A stretch of DNA of 51,765 nt from Pseudomonadota bacterium (GTDB taxonomy: Bacteria > UBA10199 > 2-02-FULL-44-16 > JBDRGF01). The notes under the pieces were generated by a model. That model did not search any database. It was not told where the DNA came from and saw only the letters and a list, made by a program, of their open reading frames with translations. The stretch covers positions 1 to 51,765 of the forward strand of contig JBDRGF010000165.1 in NCBI GenBank assembly GCA_043818055.1. Direction: 5' to 3'. The translations under genes and the position numbers were made by a program. Shown piece after piece: positions 1 to 9,648 of the stretch; position 1 is the first letter of the stretch; every line of letters begins with the position of its first letter.

Positions 1-16
1 ACCTATGATTCCCGCT

Positions 17-94
17 TGTCATCCCCGCGAAGGCGGGGATCCAGATTTGGCTAATACCTATCAATACTGGATCCCCGCCTTCGCGGGGATGACA
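17..94. repeat. Palindromic REP/RPE-like element (perfect 28-bp inverted repeat)
   Basis: tgtcatccccgcgaaggcggggatccag (17-44) is the exact reverse complement of 67-94; related pieces at 8830-8978, 19239-19337 and 46054-46079. Confidence 0.85.
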
Positions 95-175
95 CGAAGA
101 ACAAAAAGAACAAAACAAAGTAGTTTTTAGAGGTGCCCTTAAGCACTTAAGAACTCACGCACTTAAGTACTATTA

Positions 176-1441
176 TTAACCAACCTCTTCTGTTTGTTTA
201 TTCAAAACCATCAGTGGATCTTTTTTCTTCAGGATCACGTCGGCATCGATAACTACTTCACGCACATCCCTCTTCGTGGGAATATCGTACATCATATTGA
301 GCATCACATCTTCCAGGATCGATCTCAAACCCCTCGCCCCTGTCTTTCGTTTGATGCACTCGGTGGCAACGCTTTCCAGCGCGTCATCTGTGAAAGTCAA
401 TTCCACCCCCTCCATTTCAAACAATCTCTTATATTGTTTGACCAGCGCGTTCTTAGGCTCCCGCAAAATTCTGACAAGCTCGGACTGCTTCAGCTCGTCA
501 AGGGTCGCGATAACCGGCAGCCTTCCGATGAATTCCGGAATCAGACCGAACTTGATGAGGTCCTCATTTCCAATTTTTCCCATCAGATTTGAATAGCTCT
601 TATCCTTCTTCTTTTTAATATCCGATCCGAATCCCAGCTTCTTTTCTCCGATCCTTCGATCGACGATCTCATCAAGCCCTATGAAAGCACCTCCACAGAT
701 GAAGAGGATATTCGATGTATTCACCTGCACAAAATCCTGCTGCGGATGTTTTCTTCCCCCTTTAGGAGGAACGGAGGCGACAGCCCCCTCCATGATCTTC
801 AAAAGCGCTTGTTGAACGCCCTCTCCGGAGACGTCTCTCGTGATCGATGGGTTGTCTGTCTTTCGTGAGATTTTGTCGATCTCATCTATGTAGACGATAC
901 CGCGTTCTGCCTTTGCAACATCATATTCCGCTGCCTGCAAAAGATAGAGGATGATATTTTCGACATCCTCTCCTACGTATCCAGCTTCTGTGAGCGTCGT
1001 TGCATCCGCAATCGCAAAGGGAACTTTCAACGAACGCGCCAAAGTCCTCGCCAAAAAAGTTTTTCCCGTGCCGGTCGGACCTATTAAAAGAATATTCGAT
1101 TTTTCAATCTCTATCTCATCTGAGAACCCGTGGCTCTTCTGCTCCACCCTTTTGTAATGGTTATAGACCGCAACCGACAAAACCCTCTTCGCCTGTTCCT
1201 GCCCGATCACATATTCATCCAGCATAGCCTTGATCTGGTAGGGTTTTGCTACGTGATCATCTTCATCAAAAGCAGTCTTGCTGCCCGCATCCTCTTCGAT
1301 GATATTATTGCACAAACCTACACAATCATTGCAAATGTAAACACCGGGGCCTGCAATCAGTTTATTCACTTCGCTCTGATTTTTGCCACAGAACGAACAA
1401 ATAAACTGGAGCTGATCATCATCCTTGCGTCGTTTTGACAT
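176..1441 (-). CDS. clpX: ATP-dependent Clp protease ATP-binding subunit ClpX
   Basis: C4 zinc finger CSFCGK...ICNDCV, Walker [34 protein letters not shown]. Confidence 0.98.
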   Translation of the reverse strand: MSKRRKDDDQLQFICSFCGKNQSEVNKLIAGPGVYICNDCVGLCNNIIEEDAGSKTAFDEDDHVAKPYQIKAMLDEYVIGQEQAKRVLSVAVYNHYKRVEQKSHGFSDEIEIEKSNILLIGPTGTGKTFLARTLARSLKVPFAIADATTLTEAGYVGEDVENIILYLLQAAEYDVAKAERGIVYIDEIDKISRKTDNPSITRDVSGEGVQQALLKIMEGAVASVPPKGGRKHPQQDFVQVNTSNILFICGGAFIGLDEIVDRRIGEKKLGFGSDIKKKKDKSYSNLMGKIGNEDLIKFGLIPEFIGRLPVIATLDELKQSELVRILREPKNALVKQYKRLFEMEGVELTFTDDALESVATECIKRKTGARGLRSILEDVMLNMMYDIPTKRDVREVVIDADVILKKKDPLMVLNKQTEEVG

Positions 1442-1443
1442 TA

Positions 1444-2064
1444 TTATTTCTCCTTCGATAGTTCTTTAATCTGATGGTGAATCAGGAGATCATCTATCAG
1501 TCCGTATTTCATGGCCTCATGCCCATCCATGAAGAAGTCTCTGTCGGTATCAGTCGTCACACGCTTCATCGATTGCGAGGTGTGCTTTGCAATTACCTGA
1601 TTGAGTGAATCCTTCAACCTCAAAACCTCCTTCGCGTGAATGGCTATGTCGGATGCCTGCCCCTGAAATCCACCGATCGGCTGATGGATCATTATCCTCG
1701 AATGCGGCAGAGAAAAGCGTTTTCCCTTCGTTCCGCCTGCCAAAAGGATAGCAGCCATGCTCGCGGCCTGCCCTAAACATATCGTGGAAACTTCCGGGTG
1801 GATATATTGCATGGTATCGTAAATCGCCAGCCCCGATGTCACCACGCCTCCCGGGCTGTTTATATAGAGATAAATATCCTTATCCGGATCCTCCGATTCA
1901 AGAAAGAGGAGTTGGGCTATGACGAGATTCGCGAGATTGTCTTCAATCGTAGAGCCGATGAAGATGATCCGCTCCTTCAAAAGGCGGGAGTAGATATCGT
2001 ACGATCGTTCTCCTTTGTGCGTCTGCTCGACAACTATCGGAATCAATTGCGATTTTGATTTCAT
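1444..2064 (-). CDS. clpP: ATP-dependent Clp protease proteolytic subunit
   Basis: [24 protein letters not shown] (Ser), MIHQP (His), DRD; between tig and clpX. Confidence 0.98.
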   Translation of the reverse strand: MKSKSQLIPIVVEQTHKGERSYDIYSRLLKERIIFIGSTIEDNLANLVIAQLLFLESEDPDKDIYLYINSPGGVVTSGLAIYDTMQYIHPEVSTICLGQAASMAAILLAGGTKGKRFSLPHSRIMIHQPIGGFQGQASDIAIHAKEVLRLKDSLNQVIAKHTSQSMKRVTTDTDRDFFMDGHEAMKYGLIDDLLIHHQIKELSKEK

Positions 2065-3386
2065 TTTTTTCCCTTTTCTTTTGTTTTATGTTTTTCTTTT
2101 GAAGGTTTGACCTCTTTTATCTTTGCCTGTGAGAGGATCAGATCGAGCGTCTTCTCTGCCTGAAGCTGCCATCTTAAATTGGCCATCTCTTCATCTTTAT
2201 TATAATGAGCCTTTATCTTTTGAACTGGTTGATTTGTCTCTTTCGATATTTTTGAAAAATGCTCTTCAATACTATTATCATCTACTGTGACATTCTCCTT
2301 CTCAGCAACTGCCTTCAAAATCATATAGCTCGCAACACGCTGCCTGGCATCAGCTTCGTGCTTCAAAACGAAATCCTCGATCTTGATTCCACTATTTTCG
2401 AATTTCTTTCCCTCCGAGGCGAGTCTCTTTACAAAAGCAGCAAAAATATTCGAGAGCTCCTCTCTGACCAGCACCTCTGGAATCTCAAGCTTAAACTTCG
2501 CAATCAGCTGTTCGAGAATCTGTCTTGTGAGACTCTCCTTCTGAACATTCTCTTTCACCGAGGCGATTCTCTCCTTCATATCTTTTTTCAGACTCTCGAC
2601 ATCTTCAAAACTGCCGAGCGACTTCGCGAAATCGGCGTTGAGCTCTGGAACATTTTTCTTTTTTATATCCTTAACTGTAACTGTGAGAGTTCCTGACTTG
2701 GCGGCAAGATTCTTGTCGTAATAATCTTTCGGATAATCAATCGTCACTTCACGCGCCTCACCGACCTTCATACCCTTAACCTGTTTGGCAAAGGCAGGTA
2801 TCAGATTTCCGTCGGAGAAATCGAGCATACTATCCTTCCCCTCCAACTTGCTGCCATCGCCACCTTCGACATTTCCTGTGAAATCAACGAGGGCGACCAT
2901 CCCTTCATCAATGACAGCATCCTCGACGCTGGCAAGCTCTGCCATGCGGCTTCTCAAGATGTCTAACTCCCTTGTCACCTCTTCGTCCGTAACTTCAACC
3001 TTCTCCTTTTCAAGCTTCAAGCCCTCGTAACCTAGAGCCTCCACCTTGGGATAGACTTCGAAAACGACCTTGTAGGAAAATGGCTTCCCCTCTTTATATT
3101 CGCCCGGCTCAAACTGCGGCTCGGAAAGTGGCGCGAGATTGTTATCAACTGCTACCTTGGGAAAGGTGTCCCTAACGACCTGCTCCGCAACATCGGCGCC
3201 GATATCGTCACCGACCCTCTTCTTGATGAGCTGGAGGGGAACCTTGCCGGGCCTGAATCCCGGAACTTTGATCTCCTTCTGAAGCTTCTCATATACTTTG
3301 TTAAGGCTCTTCTCGACTACGCTGAAAGGAACTTCAACCGAGACACTTCGTTTGACTGGACTCAAATCCTCACAACTGACCTTCAT
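2061..3386 (-). CDS. tig: Trigger factor
   Basis: GFRPGKVP ribosome-binding signature and FKBP-like region; start set at MKVS (3386) after AGGAGG; ATGA overlap with clpP. Confidence 0.95.
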   Translation of the reverse strand: MKVSCEDLSPVKRSVSVEVPFSVVEKSLNKVYEKLQKEIKVPGFRPGKVPLQLIKKRVGDDIGADVAEQVVRDTFPKVAVDNNLAPLSEPQFEPGEYKEGKPFSYKVVFEVYPKVEALGYEGLKLEKEKVEVTDEEVTRELDILRSRMAELASVEDAVIDEGMVALVDFTGNVEGGDGSKLEGKDSMLDFSDGNLIPAFAKQVKGMKVGEAREVTIDYPKDYYDKNLAAKSGTLTVTVKDIKKKNVPELNADFAKSLGSFEDVESLKKDMKERIASVKENVQKESLTRQILEQLIAKFKLEIPEVLVREELSNIFAAFVKRLASEGKKFENSGIKIEDFVLKHEADARQRVASYMILKAVAEKENVTVDDNSIEEHFSKISKETNQPVQKIKAHYNKDEEMANLRWQLQAEKTLDLILSQAKIKEVKPSKEKHKTKEKGKK

Positions 3387-3476
3387 GAAACCTCCTATTT
3401 TCGTACGGTGTACGGCGTGCTGTGTACGGCGAGAAACATATAATAGATTTACATTGTACTCCGTACGCAGCACTTA

Positions 3477-3525
3477 GCACATTTTCAGTCGTCTTGTGAG
3501 AATCACAAGACGACTGAAAATGTGC
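3477..3525. terminator. Perfect 23-bp hairpin overlapping the tRNA 3' end
   Basis: gcacattttcagtcgtcttgtga-gaa-tcacaagacgactgaaaatgtgc; terminator role is assumed. Confidence 0.5.
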
Positions 3526-3604
3526 GAGGGAGGGGACTTGAACCCCTATCCGTTTCCGGACCAGATCCTAAGTCTGGCGCGTCTGCCAGTTCCGCCACCC
3601 TCGC
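3523..3604 (-). tRNA. tRNA-Leu (anticodon TAG), CCA not encoded
   Basis: Minus strand GCGAGGG TGGCGGAACTGGCAGACGC GCCAGA CTTAGGA TCTGG...GGTTCAAGTCC CCTCCCTCGC A; long variable arm; usual position upstream of tig. Confidence 0.95.
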
Positions 3605-3814
3605 GCCGATTTGACATCGTTTTTTTCGCAGAAAAAAACGATCTGTCAAATCGAGCGCCCCATTCTAATCGGGGCTAATTCGATCATCTTCCAAACCCAA
3701 ACCCAGCTAATGGAAAAACTTTCAGTTGTCACCAAAAAATAACTCAAAATGTCAAAAAAATGCCAAAATTCACATTTTTTTCAAAATTTAGAGGTGTTTT
3801 TACAGGTTCCCTTG

Positions 3815-5044
3815 TCAAAAGGCAAGAGAAAGGGATAAAAAATTTGTATGAATCTCATCTATTATATAGCCAGCGATGCATTTTTTGCTCATTTTATTCA
3901 CTTTCTTAAACTGGCCGCCTCGATGGACTATTATCACCTCATTTTCATCTGATCCAAAGACATCACGCCTTTTCACATCGTTGGCTATGATCATATTCGC
4001 TTTTGATCTTTTTGCCAGTCCAAGCGCACTCTCTCTCAACTGATCATCGCTCACATTAACTTCAGCCTTAAAACCAACCAAAAAGAGATTGTCATTCCAG
4101 CGTTTAATCAAATCCAAAATCTTCTCTGTTGGAACCAGCTCAAGCGACATATGTTGATTTGAACAAATCTTTCCCTCTACTCGAGTCTTCACTTTAAAAT
4201 CACTGACTGCCGCTGCATGCACGATTATATCGCTCTCATGCACATGCGCCTTAATCGCTTCTTTCATCTCCGAAGCGCTTTTCACCCTGATCTCTTCCAA
4301 TTGAACCATCGGCTCTACATCGCATCTGGCGCTTATAAGCTTTACCTTTGCGCCACGCCTCACAAACTCCCCGGCCAGACAGATCCCCATCTTGCCGGAC
4401 GATCTGTTCGTGATAACCCTCACGCCATCTATCTCCTCCTCAGTCCCACCGGCCGTGATGATGACCCTTTTATCTTTGAATTGGTTCCCCTTGTTTATCA
4501 GTTTTATGATTTCATCTTTGATGACATTCACATCGGGAAGTCTGCCCTTCCCGATCGTACCGCATGCGAGCATACCCTCTTCCGGTTCGAGATAGAGAGC
4601 GCCCCTTCGCACAAGGCGTTTCAGATTCTCCTGCGTTATCTCATTCTGCCACATATTGATGTTCATCGATGGACACAACAAAAGAGGAGCCTTCGATGCA
4701 AGGATTGTCGTAGTAAGCAGATCATCTGCAATACCGTTTGCTATTTTGGCTATGATGTTGGCGGTAGCAGGTGCAATGCATATGATTTTAGCCTTCTGGG
4801 CCAGGCTGACATGTTCAACCTCACGCCTGTTTAGCACATCCTTGTAATTGAAATCCGTAGAAAATAATTCCGATGCGACCCTGTTCCCCGAAGCAACTTC
4901 AAATTCATCTTGTGATAACATCCTCTTGGCATTTTCAGTCATCATCACAATGACATCAAAGCCCGCTTCACGAAGACCGCTTACAAGTTCAAGAGATTTA
5001 TAGGCGGCTATTCCTGACGATACGCCTATTATAATGGTATCCAT
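3815..5044 (-). CDS. coaBC: Bifunctional phosphopantothenoylcysteine decarboxylase/synthetase
   Basis: GIAAYK, APATANIIAK, PSMN, GMLACG..GKGRL, TAGGT.E.ID.VR.ITN.SSGKMG, AAVSDF, VGFKAE. Confidence 0.96.
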   Translation of the reverse strand: MDTIIIGVSSGIAAYKSLELVSGLREAGFDVIVMMTENAKRMLSQDEFEVASGNRVASELFSTDFNYKDVLNRREVEHVSLAQKAKIICIAPATANIIAKIANGIADDLLTTTILASKAPLLLCPSMNINMWQNEITQENLKRLVRRGALYLEPEEGMLACGTIGKGRLPDVNVIKDEIIKLINKGNQFKDKRVIITAGGTEEEIDGVRVITNRSSGKMGICLAGEFVRRGAKVKLISARCDVEPMVQLEEIRVKSASEMKEAIKAHVHESDIIVHAAAVSDFKVKTRVEGKICSNQHMSLELVPTEKILDLIKRWNDNLFLVGFKAEVNVSDDQLRESALGLAKRSKANMIIANDVKRRDVFGSDENEVIIVHRGGQFKKVNKMSKKCIAGYIIDEIHTNFLSLSLAF

Positions 5045-5565
5045 GTGTTTGAGAGAGTAGAAAAGATAACATATTCGTGCAAGGAACTATTTACATCCTC
5101 ATATGGCTCTGTTGATGAATATTCTTCTTTAGTCAGACTGGGAATGGTCTTTGATCTCTCGCCCTTTGTGTTTGTATCGACTAGCGATGCGTAAACCGAA
5201 GACAGGTTCTACGTATTCGTTAAAGCAGTTTCAACATTTACTCGAATTTTACGGATCTTAATCCATAAATAATCCATATTAATATATTTACAGATTATTT
5301 ACTGACACTATCATCCATATGTGGTCCAATTAGGCTAATTATGGATGATAAAAGCATATTAAAGATAATCAGAAAACTCAAAGAATAAGGCTCTGAATTG
5401 CGGTTAGGGTGATATTAATCCAACAAGTGAAACTAATATTATAAACACCCTCCCTCTAACTCCCTCCCGTCAAGGGAGGGAGGAAAATATGGTAAAATCA
5501 AGTGTCGGATTGTGGTCTACAAATACTACGTGTGATTTCGCCATATTTTCAACTCTCCCTTGAGA

Positions 5566-5645
5566 AGGCTGTTGCCGAAGCCTGCTTTTTGAGGTTTTTG
5601 TAAGGGCAGGCCGAAAAGGCACACCCTTTTAAGAGGGCAACCACG
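5566..5645. repeat. Partial MITE/REP copy
   Basis: aggctgttgccgaag...tttttgtaagggcagg...taagagggcaaccacg parallels 8847-8925. Confidence 0.6.
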
Positions 5646-5723
5646 TCCGCTATATCTTGCCTATAGATTTCCTTTGATTCGGTCTTCTATTAATAAATCT
5701 TGTTATTTCAATAAGTTAGAGTA

Positions 5724-5796
5724 TTGACATAAAAAACTTTACATATGTTAAATATTTTTATTGCAAAAAACTTTACATATGTTAAAAATATTTAAC
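5724..5796 (+). promoter_or_regulatory. Promoter/operator of the MNT-HEPN operon
   Basis: TTGACA at 5724; two exact 22-bp direct repeats aaaaaactttacatatgttaaa (5731-5752, 5765-5786), each with a near-palindromic core. Confidence 0.55.
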
Positions 5797-6447
5797 ATGA
5801 AACCGTTTGAATCATTAGATGAAATACTGGGAAGCGTTGTAAAAGTAAAAATTATGCGCCACATGGTTACCGGACACGAGGGAAAAACCGGAAGAGGGCT
5901 CTCTCTCATAGCCTCTGTATCACAACCGACTGCCATGAAGGCCCTTGAAGAGCTGGTCGCTCAGGGGGTGCTCACAAAAAAGATTGTGGGAAAAAGCTAT
6001 AGTTTCAATCTTAACAACGATAATATAATTGTTAAAGAGGGACTAATACCACTATTCAGATTAGAAAACAATCTACTGGGCAAATTCGCTAAAGAGCTTC
6101 AGGACATCTTAAAAGATAAAATACTCTCAGCGCTTATCTATGGCAGCATTGCCAGAGGAAACTCAACTAACACCAGCGATTGGGACATCCTCTTGTTGTG
6201 CGATGAAAAAGAAGACATAAATAAGTTAAGAGAAACAATTTCTAACGAATTAACAACACTGGCTAAGATCTTCTCCAGCAACCTTGACATTAAAATTATG
6301 AGTGTGCCGGAATTTCATCAAAGACTCACTTCAGGTGATTCATTAGCAACAAATATCTATCAGGATGTCATCGAAAGCCGCGTTCCCAATCCAATACTCG
6401 GGCTTTCCATTACAGAGCTACTAAGGAGCAGCAATGACAAAACGTAA
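5797..6447 (+). CDS. wHTH + minimal nucleotidyltransferase (MNT) antitoxin
   Basis: N-terminal HTH (GRGLSLIASVSQPTAMKALEEL) and Pol-beta motif YGSIARG...SDWDILL; start uncertain (5761/5779/5797). Confidence 0.8.
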   Translation: MKPFESLDEILGSVVKVKIMRHMVTGHEGKTGRGLSLIASVSQPTAMKALEELVAQGVLTKKIVGKSYSFNLNNDNIIVKEGLIPLFRLENNLLGKFAKELQDILKDKILSALIYGSIARGNSTNTSDWDILLLCDEKEDINKLRETISNELTTLAKIFSSNLDIKIMSVPEFHQRLTSGDSLATNIYQDVIESRVPNPILGLSITELLRSSNDKT

Positions 6448-6841
6448 AAAAACCATCCCTATTGCTAAAAATGAATGGCGTGATTATTGGCAAAAGTCAC
6501 AAAACTTTTTTAGAGGAATGTTACAACTGAGTGGAGAAGGGAACTGGGACTCCGCAGCCTCTCTAGCTATACATACTGCAATACAGGCAGCGGATGCAAT
6601 TCTCATCTATTCACAAGGATACAAAAATTCCGGAGAGCATTCAAATGTCGCCAGATTAATTTCTCAACTTTCGCTGGAGGGAACTAACTCTGCTTCTCAA
6701 CACCTTTCAAAAATCTTAAGCGTTAAGAGTCTGGTTGAATATTCCGGAGATAGCTATCTTGAAGAGGATTTTGCCGAGATAGCAAAACAGACTGAACGCT
6801 TTATGAATTGGGGACGGCAAATCCTGCCAAAACAGCTTTAA
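6434..6841 (+). CDS. HEPN domain protein (putative toxin)
   Basis: 135-aa helical protein with AASLAIHTAIQAADA, SGEH and KSLVEY; overlaps the MNT gene. Confidence 0.75.
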   Translation: MTKRKKTIPIAKNEWRDYWQKSQNFFRGMLQLSGEGNWDSAASLAIHTAIQAADAILIYSQGYKNSGEHSNVARLISQLSLEGTNSASQHLSKILSVKSLVEYSGDSYLEEDFAEIAKQTERFMNWGRQILPKQL

Positions 6842-6887
6842 CGATTACATGCCAACATAATCGAGGATGAAATCCATTTTCTAATTG

Positions 6888-8249
6888 CTAAAGAGAATGA
6901 TAGAAGTAAAAACAGGTCACTATACCCCTATAAAAATGACCAAGTTTGAAACGTTCATTTGGAGAGTGGATGTTGTCACCGGCAAGACCAAATCCCAATA
7001 AAATCGAAGGTGCCTTCAAGGCTGTCAAAAAGGTTTCGGTTAGTGGGATGGATGCCCCCTCTCTCACTAAAACCGGCCTCTTGTGAAATCCTTTTTCAAA
7101 GGCGTCGAGCGCGGCTTTCATATATTTACTATCGGTCGGAAACATCACAGGCTTTGCCCCATGTAACGCCTTTACATCCACGGTGATGCCGGGAGGGGCG
7201 ATCTTTTTGATGTATGCTTCATACAGCTTTGCTATTTTTTTAGGATCCTGATTCGGCACCAGTCGTGAGCTGATCTTGAATCCACATTCCGCGGCGATCA
7301 CCGTCTTTGCGCCCTCTCCTGAAAAACCGCCCCAGATGCCATGAACGTCGATCGAGGGGCGCGCCCAGTTTCTCTCGTTAGAGGTGAAGCCCTCCTCTCC
7401 CCACAGGGCTGTGAGTTCCAAATCCCTCATCATATCCTTGTCGTCATCTCCGACCTTTTTAAATTCCGATCTCTCCTGATCGGTGAGCTTGAGCACATCA
7501 TCGTAAAAGCCATCGATCTTGATCTTTCCCTTTTCATCCTGAAGACCGGCTATGATCCTCGCCATAGCATTCAGAGGATTCTGCACCTTGCCGCCATAGA
7601 CGCCTGAATGCAGATCGCGGTTGGGGCCTTTGATACGCACATCGAGATAACACATGCCTCTGAGCGCATATACTATGGTAGGAAGCGCCTCAGAAAACCA
7701 CGATGTGTCGGAGAGGGCTACGACATCGCAAGAGAGAAAATCGGCATGTTCACGGACAAAATTGGCTGTGCCATCTGTTCCACCCTCCTCCTCTCCTTCG
7801 ATGAAAATTTTGACGTTAACATTTAATTTTCCGTTTATCTTCAGCAGGGATTCCAGGGCAAAGAGGTGCGTGAGCAGCTGCCCCTTGTCATCTGATGAAC
7901 CGCGCGCATAGAGATACCCATCCCGAATGGTCGGCTCGAATGGAGGTGTCTTCCACTTTTCCAGAGGATCGGGCGGCTGAACATCGTAATGTCCGTACAC
8001 CAAAACTGTAGGCTTATCCTTCCCCGCATGAAGCCAGTCGGCATATACGCCGGGGGCACCATCTGTTGATATCACTTTGGCATTTTCAAAACCCATCCTC
8101 TCTAAGCGCTCTGAAAACCAGTTAGCACATTTGAGAATTTCATCCTTCTTGCTCGGATCTGCGGAGATGCTCTCGAATCGAAGCGATTCCTTGAGCTCTT
8201 CGAGATAATGCTCCTCATTTTTTTTGATGTACTCTAAAATCTTTTCCAT
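6888..8249 (-). CDS. M20/M25/M40 family metallopeptidase (dipeptidase)
   Basis: YGHYDVQPPDP, ARGSSDDKG, EGEEE, DLHSG, NIHSPNE. Confidence 0.93.
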   Translation of the reverse strand: MEKILEYIKKNEEHYLEELKESLRFESISADPSKKDEILKCANWFSERLERMGFENAKVISTDGAPGVYADWLHAGKDKPTVLVYGHYDVQPPDPLEKWKTPPFEPTIRDGYLYARGSSDDKGQLLTHLFALESLLKINGKLNVNVKIFIEGEEEGGTDGTANFVREHADFLSCDVVALSDTSWFSEALPTIVYALRGMCYLDVRIKGPNRDLHSGVYGGKVQNPLNAMARIIAGLQDEKGKIKIDGFYDDVLKLTDQERSEFKKVGDDDKDMMRDLELTALWGEEGFTSNERNWARPSIDVHGIWGGFSGEGAKTVIAAECGFKISSRLVPNQDPKKIAKLYEAYIKKIAPPGITVDVKALHGAKPVMFPTDSKYMKAALDAFEKGFHKRPVLVREGASIPLTETFLTALKAPSILLGFGLAGDNIHSPNERFKLGHFYRGIVTCFYFYHSL

Positions 8250-8354
8250 TTAGCTCCCCTCTCTATCATGACGATAATTTTTTGTTACTGCTCTTACTAT
8301 GAAAAATTGTCAAAATAAAAAATATTGCTTTAGCACATTGAGTAGCCTTATATT

Positions 8355-8873
8355 TTGATTGTGAAAATTATCGTCAATTCAAAAGAACATGAGATCGAGG
8401 CCTCTCCCGATGAGTTACTGATCGACATATTGAGGGAGAGACTCAGCCTCACCGGAACCAAGCGGGGTTGCAATATCGGCGTTTGTGGAACCTGTACGGT
8501 GCTCATCGATGGTAAACCGCGACGTTCTTGCATCGTAAAGATGGGAACGCTTGATAAAAAACCTGTTCCGAAGATCACCACGATAGAGGGGATGGAAACC
8601 GAAGATGGCCTTCATCCCATTCAGCAGGCTTTTATCGATTGTGGTGCTATTCAGTGCGGCTTCTGCACGCCGGGAATGGTGCTGACAACAAAGGCACTGC
8701 TCGACTCGAATCCGAATCCATCTCGCGAGGAGATCAAAAAGGCACTAACTGGAAACCTCTGCCGCTGCACCGGATACCAGCAGATATTCGAGGCTGTCGA
8801 AAAGGCGGCTAAGACAATATCAAAAGAAGCTGGATCCCAGCATTCAAGCCTGTTGCTGAAGTCCGTTTTTTGA
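8355..8873 (+). CDS. (2Fe-2S)-binding protein, CoxS/xanthine dehydrogenase small-subunit family
   Basis: GTKRGC..GVCGTCTV, QCGFCTPG, GNLCRCTGY; start may be GTG 8361. Confidence 0.92.
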   Translation: MIVKIIVNSKEHEIEASPDELLIDILRERLSLTGTKRGCNIGVCGTCTVLIDGKPRRSCIVKMGTLDKKPVPKITTIEGMETEDGLHPIQQAFIDCGAIQCGFCTPGMVLTTKALLDSNPNPSREEIKKALTGNLCRCTGYQQIFEAVEKAAKTISKEAGSQHSSLLLKSVF

Positions 8874-8961
8874 TGTTTTTGTAGGGGCAGGCCCCTGTGC
8901 CTGCCCTTATAAGAGGGCAACCACGGGGGGTTGCCCCTACATTTCAGTTCAGCAACAGTCT
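8847..8961. mobile_element. MITE-like element with 14-bp TIRs enclosing a GTAGGGGC REP doublet
   Basis: agcctgttgctgaa ... ttcagcaacagtct (1 mismatch); internal gtaggggcaggcccctgtgcctgccc / gggcaaccacggggggttgcccctac. Confidence 0.65.
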
Positions 8962-8993
8962 CCTTCGCGGGGGTGACAAAAAGGGAGGAAAGT

Positions 8994-9329
8994 ATGAGTG
9001 ACATGATCGCGTATTGTGGTTTGCTTTGTAATAAATGCCCCGCTTATATCGCCACGATTGAAGATGACGACAAGAAGAGAGCGGAGACGGCCAAAACATG
9101 GTCGGAGGTCTTCAAGGCCGACATCAAGCCGGAAAACGTCAACTGCCTGGGATGCCTGCACGAAGGGGATGATATCTTCGCCCATTGCAAGGTTTGCAAA
9201 ATCAGGGCTTGTGTTAAGAAAAAGGGATTTGAAAATTGCGCGCCCTGCTCCGATTATCCCTGCGAACATCTTGCCGAACTCTTCAAGATGGCGCCTGAGG
9301 CAAAGATGACTTTGGATAAATTGAGGTAG
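8994..9329 (+). CDS. DUF3795-like Cys-rich protein
   Basis: IAYCGLLCNKCPAY...CLGC...CKIRAC...CAPCSDYPC; RBS GGGAGG before ATG 8994. Confidence 0.8.
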   Translation: MSDMIAYCGLLCNKCPAYIATIEDDDKKRAETAKTWSEVFKADIKPENVNCLGCLHEGDDIFAHCKVCKIRACVKKKGFENCAPCSDYPCEHLAELFKMAPEAKMTLDKLR

Positions 9330-9594
9330 AATTTATCAAGTGATTCCAAAAATAATTTTAATTGCTGATAAAAATTTTTTTCTTGAACTCTGGGCTTTGC
9401 TGTGAGAAAAGGCGCTCGTCCTTCAGTGGTGGGAGATTTACCTTAAGTTTCAATTTCACAATAATTAAAAGATGATCGGTTAGATGGGCTTCATTAAAAA
9501 AGTCCATTTGCACGCCTTTTTCCTTTGGCCTTCAAGGATTTGCAGCGTCTAACCCACTGTAATCTCTAGCAAAAACCCTGCTCAAAAAAGATGG

Positions 9595-9622
9595 GCAACC
9601 TTTTTTGAGATGAAGTCGATAA
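9595..9622 (+). promoter_or_regulatory. GCAAC-N15-GTCGATAA motif (putative alternative-sigma promoter)
   Basis: One of five matching motifs upstream of orphan genes. Confidence 0.6.
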
Positions 9623-9648
9623 CTCTTGTGAAAAGAGCAACTAACATT

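Noticed and set aside
5731..5786. CRISPR array
   Set aside because: Only two repeats with a 12-bp gap and no cas genes; no array was seen anywhere in the window
3523..6841. tRNA-integrated island or prophage
   Set aside because: No integrase, no att duplication of the tRNA end, and core genes flank the tRNA
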